Origin: Pelagomonas calceolata
Lineage: Eukaryota
Direction of reading: 5' to 3'
Assembly (NCBI GenBank): GCA_918797485.1
Contig: CAKKNE010000002.1
Span: forward strand, 4,836,001 to 4,900,000
DNA length: 64,000 nucleotides
The notes under the pieces were generated by a model that did not search any database, was not told the origin of the DNA, and saw nothing but the letters and a program-made list of their open reading frames with translations. The first letter of the stretch is position 1; every line of letters begins with the position of its first letter. Positions 60,500-64,000 of this stretch are shown here, in pieces. A program made the translations under genes and the position numbers.

Positions 60500-61792
60500 A
60501 TGTGCCTCAGACTCGTCGCGTCTCTCGCGGCCCTCGCCGTCGCGCAGCAGGAACCCGAGAGCTACGTACGGCCCTCGAGTATGAACCTCGACGCCTATAA
60601 AAAAGCAAAGGACGAGGCCGCGATGCTGCGGCTCCTTCTGGCAAACCCAAACGCGGGCGACGCGGCCTATTACTCACAGCTCGTGGACATCGCGGCGGAA
60701 CTCGGGCACTGCCATGTTCTCGATAACGCGCTCGCGCGCGGCGGTCACCCGCACGGCGAGAGCGGTTCCGGGCCGGCCCCACAAGGAACAGACTCGTGGA
60801 TGGAAGTTTCCTCGAGCGATGACGCCGAAAAGTGGAAAGGAGCGTTGGGGGAGGACCAGGCCCACAAGGTGAAAGTCGACGAACACGCGACCCAGCATCC
60901 CATCGGCGTCGTCGACCACGTCGTCGACAAGAGGCCCCTGCCGCTGACCTTCGCGTGCATCGTCCAGTCCCCGGCCGCGGTGGAGTGCGTGCGGTCGCTG
61001 CTCGAGGCCGGGGCCGACCCCGACGCGGGCGGCGGTATGCTCGCGCCACTGAACATGATCGTGAACGGCGGACCCGGGGCGGCGCGGTCGGCGTCGCAGC
61101 GCGCGGTGGAGCTTGCAATCACCAAGATGCTCCTCGCGGCCGGCGCGGATCCGAACGCCTCCGAGCCCTTCCAGGGTTGCAGCGCGGCCTTCTACGCCGC
61201 GCAGAAGGGCCTCGACGACATACTGGAGGTGCTGGTGGAGAACGGCGCGGACCTGGAGATGGCCAACAAGGGCGGCACCAACCCGATGATGCTCGCGGCC
61301 GCGATCTTCGACGTGCCCGTGGAGGCCGCTGGCGGCACGGAGGCGACTGCGCGGCTCCTCGTGCGCCTCGGCGCCAAGCTCGAGCCGCCCAAGGCCATCG
61401 AGCTTGAGCTGTCGAATGGCATCCCGACGCTGCCCGAGAACAATTTTCTTCGCTATGGCAAGACCGAGCTCGCGAATCTCGTGCGCTACGTCATCCGCAA
61501 CGGCGGCGACACCGCGTCGCCGAATTCGCGCGTGAACCCCGAGGCGCTCGCGCTCCGCGAGCAGCTCGTCGATGAGTTCGAGGCCGCGGCGGCACGCTTC
61601 GTCGTCGGCGACGCCGTCGTCCTCCAGAACGTCTCGGCCACGTACAACGGCCTCGTCGGAACCATCGCGGGCCCGATCAATAGCAAGCTCAGCTTCCCCG
61701 TGAGGGTTGCGCGGGAGGGGCTGCCGCCGAAGATCAACGTCAAGAGCTCGAACCTCGCCGCGGCCGAGGACACCTACTCCGACGAGCTGTAA
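60500..61792 (+). CDS. ER-lumenal ankyrin-repeat protein
   Basis: Signal peptide, LLEAGADPD/LLAAGADPN repeats, C-terminal SDEL. Confidence 0.8.
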   Translation: MCLRLVASLAALAVAQQEPESYVRPSSMNLDAYKKAKDEAAMLRLLLANPNAGDAAYYSQLVDIAAELGHCHVLDNALARGGHPHGESGSGPAPQGTDSWMEVSSSDDAEKWKGALGEDQAHKVKVDEHATQHPIGVVDHVVDKRPLPLTFACIVQSPAAVECVRSLLEAGADPDAGGGMLAPLNMIVNGGPGAARSASQRAVELAITKMLLAAGADPNASEPFQGCSAAFYAAQKGLDDILEVLVENGADLEMANKGGTNPMMLAAAIFDVPVEAAGGTEATARLLVRLGAKLEPPKAIELELSNGIPTLPENNFLRYGKTELANLVRYVIRNGGDTASPNSRVNPEALALREQLVDEFEAAAARFVVGDAVVLQNVSATYNGLVGTIAGPINSKLSFPVRVAREGLPPKINVKSSNLAAAEDTYSDEL

Positions 61793-61800
61793 AGTGAATT

Positions 61801-61822
61801 CTAGTGTCTTACAGTCGCTAGC
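61801..61822 (-). promoter_or_regulatory. CTAG-box motif
   Basis: GCTAGCGACTGTAAGACACTAG (minus strand) upstream of the next gene. Confidence 0.6.
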
Positions 61823-62100
61823 TCGACTGCGCCAAGCAAAGCCACGCGCTGCCTCGCGCGCTGTACGTGCAAGTGCCTTGTAGCATTATATCTCGCATTG
61901 GCGCAGCGTATTTTGATCGCTCAGCGCGAGCAAAACACGCTATTGCTCGACTGCACACTCGGTCAGCAATCACAGCCTGACCAGCCGCTCGCCGGCACGC
62001 CAACCACAGCCCTGCCCACCCGCTCGCGGGCACGCCGTCGCCGCGACCGCAAAACCGGGCGCAGCAGTAAATGCTCGGCAGCGCCGAGTACGCCCGCAAC

Positions 62101-63144
62101 ATGCGCGCGACCCAGTCGGGCGTCAACGACCAGTCCGCCCGCCGCCGCCGCCAGCACCAGGTCACGCCCGAGGAGGCCGAAGCCCGGTGGGAGCAGGCCA
62201 AAAAGGACCACATGATCCCCTTCCACAAGATGGCTTTACTGACCATGGCGGCGACCGCGCCGGCCTTCATAATGGTGTTCATGTACACGGAGCCCGACGT
62301 CGGGTGGCATTGGGCCGTGACGCGGCCATATCCCCCCATTTATGATGTTGAAGAACCCATCATCCTGGGCAAGGAGCAATGTGCTGCTTTTCGAAGATCT
62401 ACGTCGGACTTTCGACGCGCGGCGCCGGCGGGCCTGCCTTCGTCAGGAGCGGTCTACCTCTGGAAATTACTAAGATTGAACTGCCTCATGCCGCACGAGT
62501 GTTTTGAAAGGGAGCGGGGCTTCGACGACGACGACGACCGCATCACGCGTCTGTCGAACGCGGAGAATGAATTACAGAGAAAGAACTGCGCGCCCTTTTT
62601 GACGCAGCCGCCCTGGGGCCGCCACGCCTTCCACGGGTCTCCGAGGATCCTGGAGAAGCACCGGCGCGTTAATAGAACCGAGGTCCTGCCCGTGGCCGTG
62701 GCCAAGGATCCATGGACCTGGTTCCGGTCGGCCTGCCGGCGGCCGGGAGGCATGCGCTTCAAGCGGGGCGAGACGTGCCCGTCGCCGCCGGGGCCCGTCC
62801 GATTTGAAGAAAGACCCTGGGAGTCGCTCGGGCACCTCTGGGGCGCGTGGCACGCGTCTTATGTGGGGACGCGGTCGCTCGTCGTGCGCTACGAGGACCT
62901 GCTCTGGCGGCCGGTCGAGACGGTCGGGGCCGTGTGTAGTTGTGTGGGCGGCATGACGGCGCCGCCGCGCGACTTCGACCCCATCCTCGACTCTTATGGT
63001 CGTGGTTTATCACGCATCGGGAACCTGCGGCGCTACGGCAACGAGTCGCTGCGGTTTGCTCGGTTGAGTTCGGGCGACGTGGAGCGGCTGGCGGCGCCTG
63101 AATTAAAGCGCGTGGCGGCGCGGCTCGGTTACAAGCTTGGGTAA
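62101..63144 (+). CDS. Type II membrane sulfotransferase-like protein (start 62071 or 62101)
   Basis: TM; AGLPSSGAVYL (5'-PSB-like), KDPWTWFRS (3'-PB-like), VRYEDLL. Confidence 0.7.
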   Translation: MRATQSGVNDQSARRRRQHQVTPEEAEARWEQAKKDHMIPFHKMALLTMAATAPAFIMVFMYTEPDVGWHWAVTRPYPPIYDVEEPIILGKEQCAAFRRSTSDFRRAAPAGLPSSGAVYLWKLLRLNCLMPHECFERERGFDDDDDRITRLSNAENELQRKNCAPFLTQPPWGRHAFHGSPRILEKHRRVNRTEVLPVAVAKDPWTWFRSACRRPGGMRFKRGETCPSPPGPVRFEERPWESLGHLWGAWHASYVGTRSLVVRYEDLLWRPVETVGAVCSCVGGMTAPPRDFDPILDSYGRGLSRIGNLRRYGNESLRFARLSSGDVERLAAPELKRVAARLGYKLG

Positions 63145-63202
63145 TGTGTTCGAGAGTCTACTTGTTAGACAGTGGGGAGACGGTGGGGATCTATTCGGAC
63201 GT

Positions 63203-63529
63203 TCAGCACGAGGTCTTAAAGACCATATTGAATCCTTGGCCGATGCTGAAGACGCAGCTTTCGCCTTCTTCAACTCCCCACTCGCGGGGGGGCTTCGCGC
63301 CGGCGCCGAGGAGGAGCTGGAGGCAGGCGCCGTGGCCGTTCTGCGCCGCATACTCGGCGGGGCTCATGTCGTCGTCTTGCGGACTCCCGGTGGACTTGGA
63401 GACGTCGGTGGGATTGTAAAGCGCGAGCGCCTCGACGGCGGCAACGACTTTCGGATCCGAGACTCGATCGTCGGCCGAATTAAGGGCCTCGCGCAGGCGC
63501 GCCTTGGCTCTCACGCGTGCAGGCGCCAT
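63203..63529 (-). CDS. Short ORF with one ankyrin-like repeat; possibly a fragment or chimera
   Basis: SPAEYAAQNGHGACLQLLLGAGA. Confidence 0.35.
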   Translation of the reverse strand: MAPARVRAKARLREALNSADDRVSDPKVVAAVEALALYNPTDVSKSTGSPQDDDMSPAEYAAQNGHGACLQLLLGAGAKPPREWGVEEGESCVFSIGQGFNMVFKTSC

Positions 63530-63842
63530 TGTATCGAGAGCGCCAGCTGGCGCCCAGGATGGCTATGAGGATGATTTTGCAGGCCATTTTTGAGCGCTGC
63601 GACTTGTCGCGTGAGAGTCGTTTCTTCGATACGCGTTAATACAATACTTTTGCCGTCCGTGCGTGTCGCGGCACGTAAAACCGTGCGCGTGGAGAAGACA
63701 AAAACCACAAGTAATGCCACGCTCTCAAGCAGCCGCAGAGAGCTTGCCTTATGGATGGCACACTTCCTGAGATCCAATTCGTGAACACAGGAGGTATCAT
63801 TACGGACAGGAGAAGATTGGGAGCGAATTTTGCCAGAGTTAA

Positions 63843-63866
63843 CTAGCGGCATGTAATGACACTAGC
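63843..63866 (+). promoter_or_regulatory. CTAG-box motif
   Basis: CTAGCGGCATGTAATGACACTAGC. Confidence 0.6.
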
Positions 63867-64000
63867 AAGCAGCCTGGGCCGAGTTCAGTTGCTAAGCGCA
63901 GCAGCCCGAAAAGCGGCCAAGCGCGACAGGCAGCCCCTGCTTTAAATTTGCCTGCCGGGCGCTGCCCCCGTGGCCACACCTCGCGAGGCCCGCGGCGCGC

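Noticed and set aside
4546..63866. CTAG-box copies as CRISPR repeats
   Set aside because: Dispersed kilobases apart in both orientations, no spacer periodicity, no cas genes, eukaryotic context

Overview
GC-rich, very gene-dense eukaryotic nuclear DNA with about 40 mostly intron-poor genes. The introner-type introns, algal bipartite targeting peptides and gene content point to a pelagophyte stramenopile (Pelagomonas/Aureococcus-like); this is an inference. Recognisable genes include Ku70, GINS Psf1, TFIIH p52, DAHP synthase II, RNase Z, PFK-2/FBPase-2, an FtsJ/Trm7 methyltransferase, an EF-hand Na/Ca exchanger, Fluc, an ArfGAP and an importin-beta. Main non-obvious structure: (1) a 22-25 bp imperfect palindrome GCTAGCGNNTGTAAGACACTAGC in about 16 copies, always 5' of a gene, a candidate genome-wide promoter element; (2) four introner transposons (CTGTGTGGAAATCAA terminal repeats, 8-bp target duplications) that splice out cleanly, plus decayed relatives; (3) a tRNA-Trp without a T-run terminator inside the intron of a CW-finger/histone-fold/AP2 gene; (4) a broken receptor-like gene (signal peptide, solute-binding fragment, TM, HET-like domain); (5) a head-to-head SPFH pair, one fused to a WWE domain. 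All calls are by eye, with no searches run.
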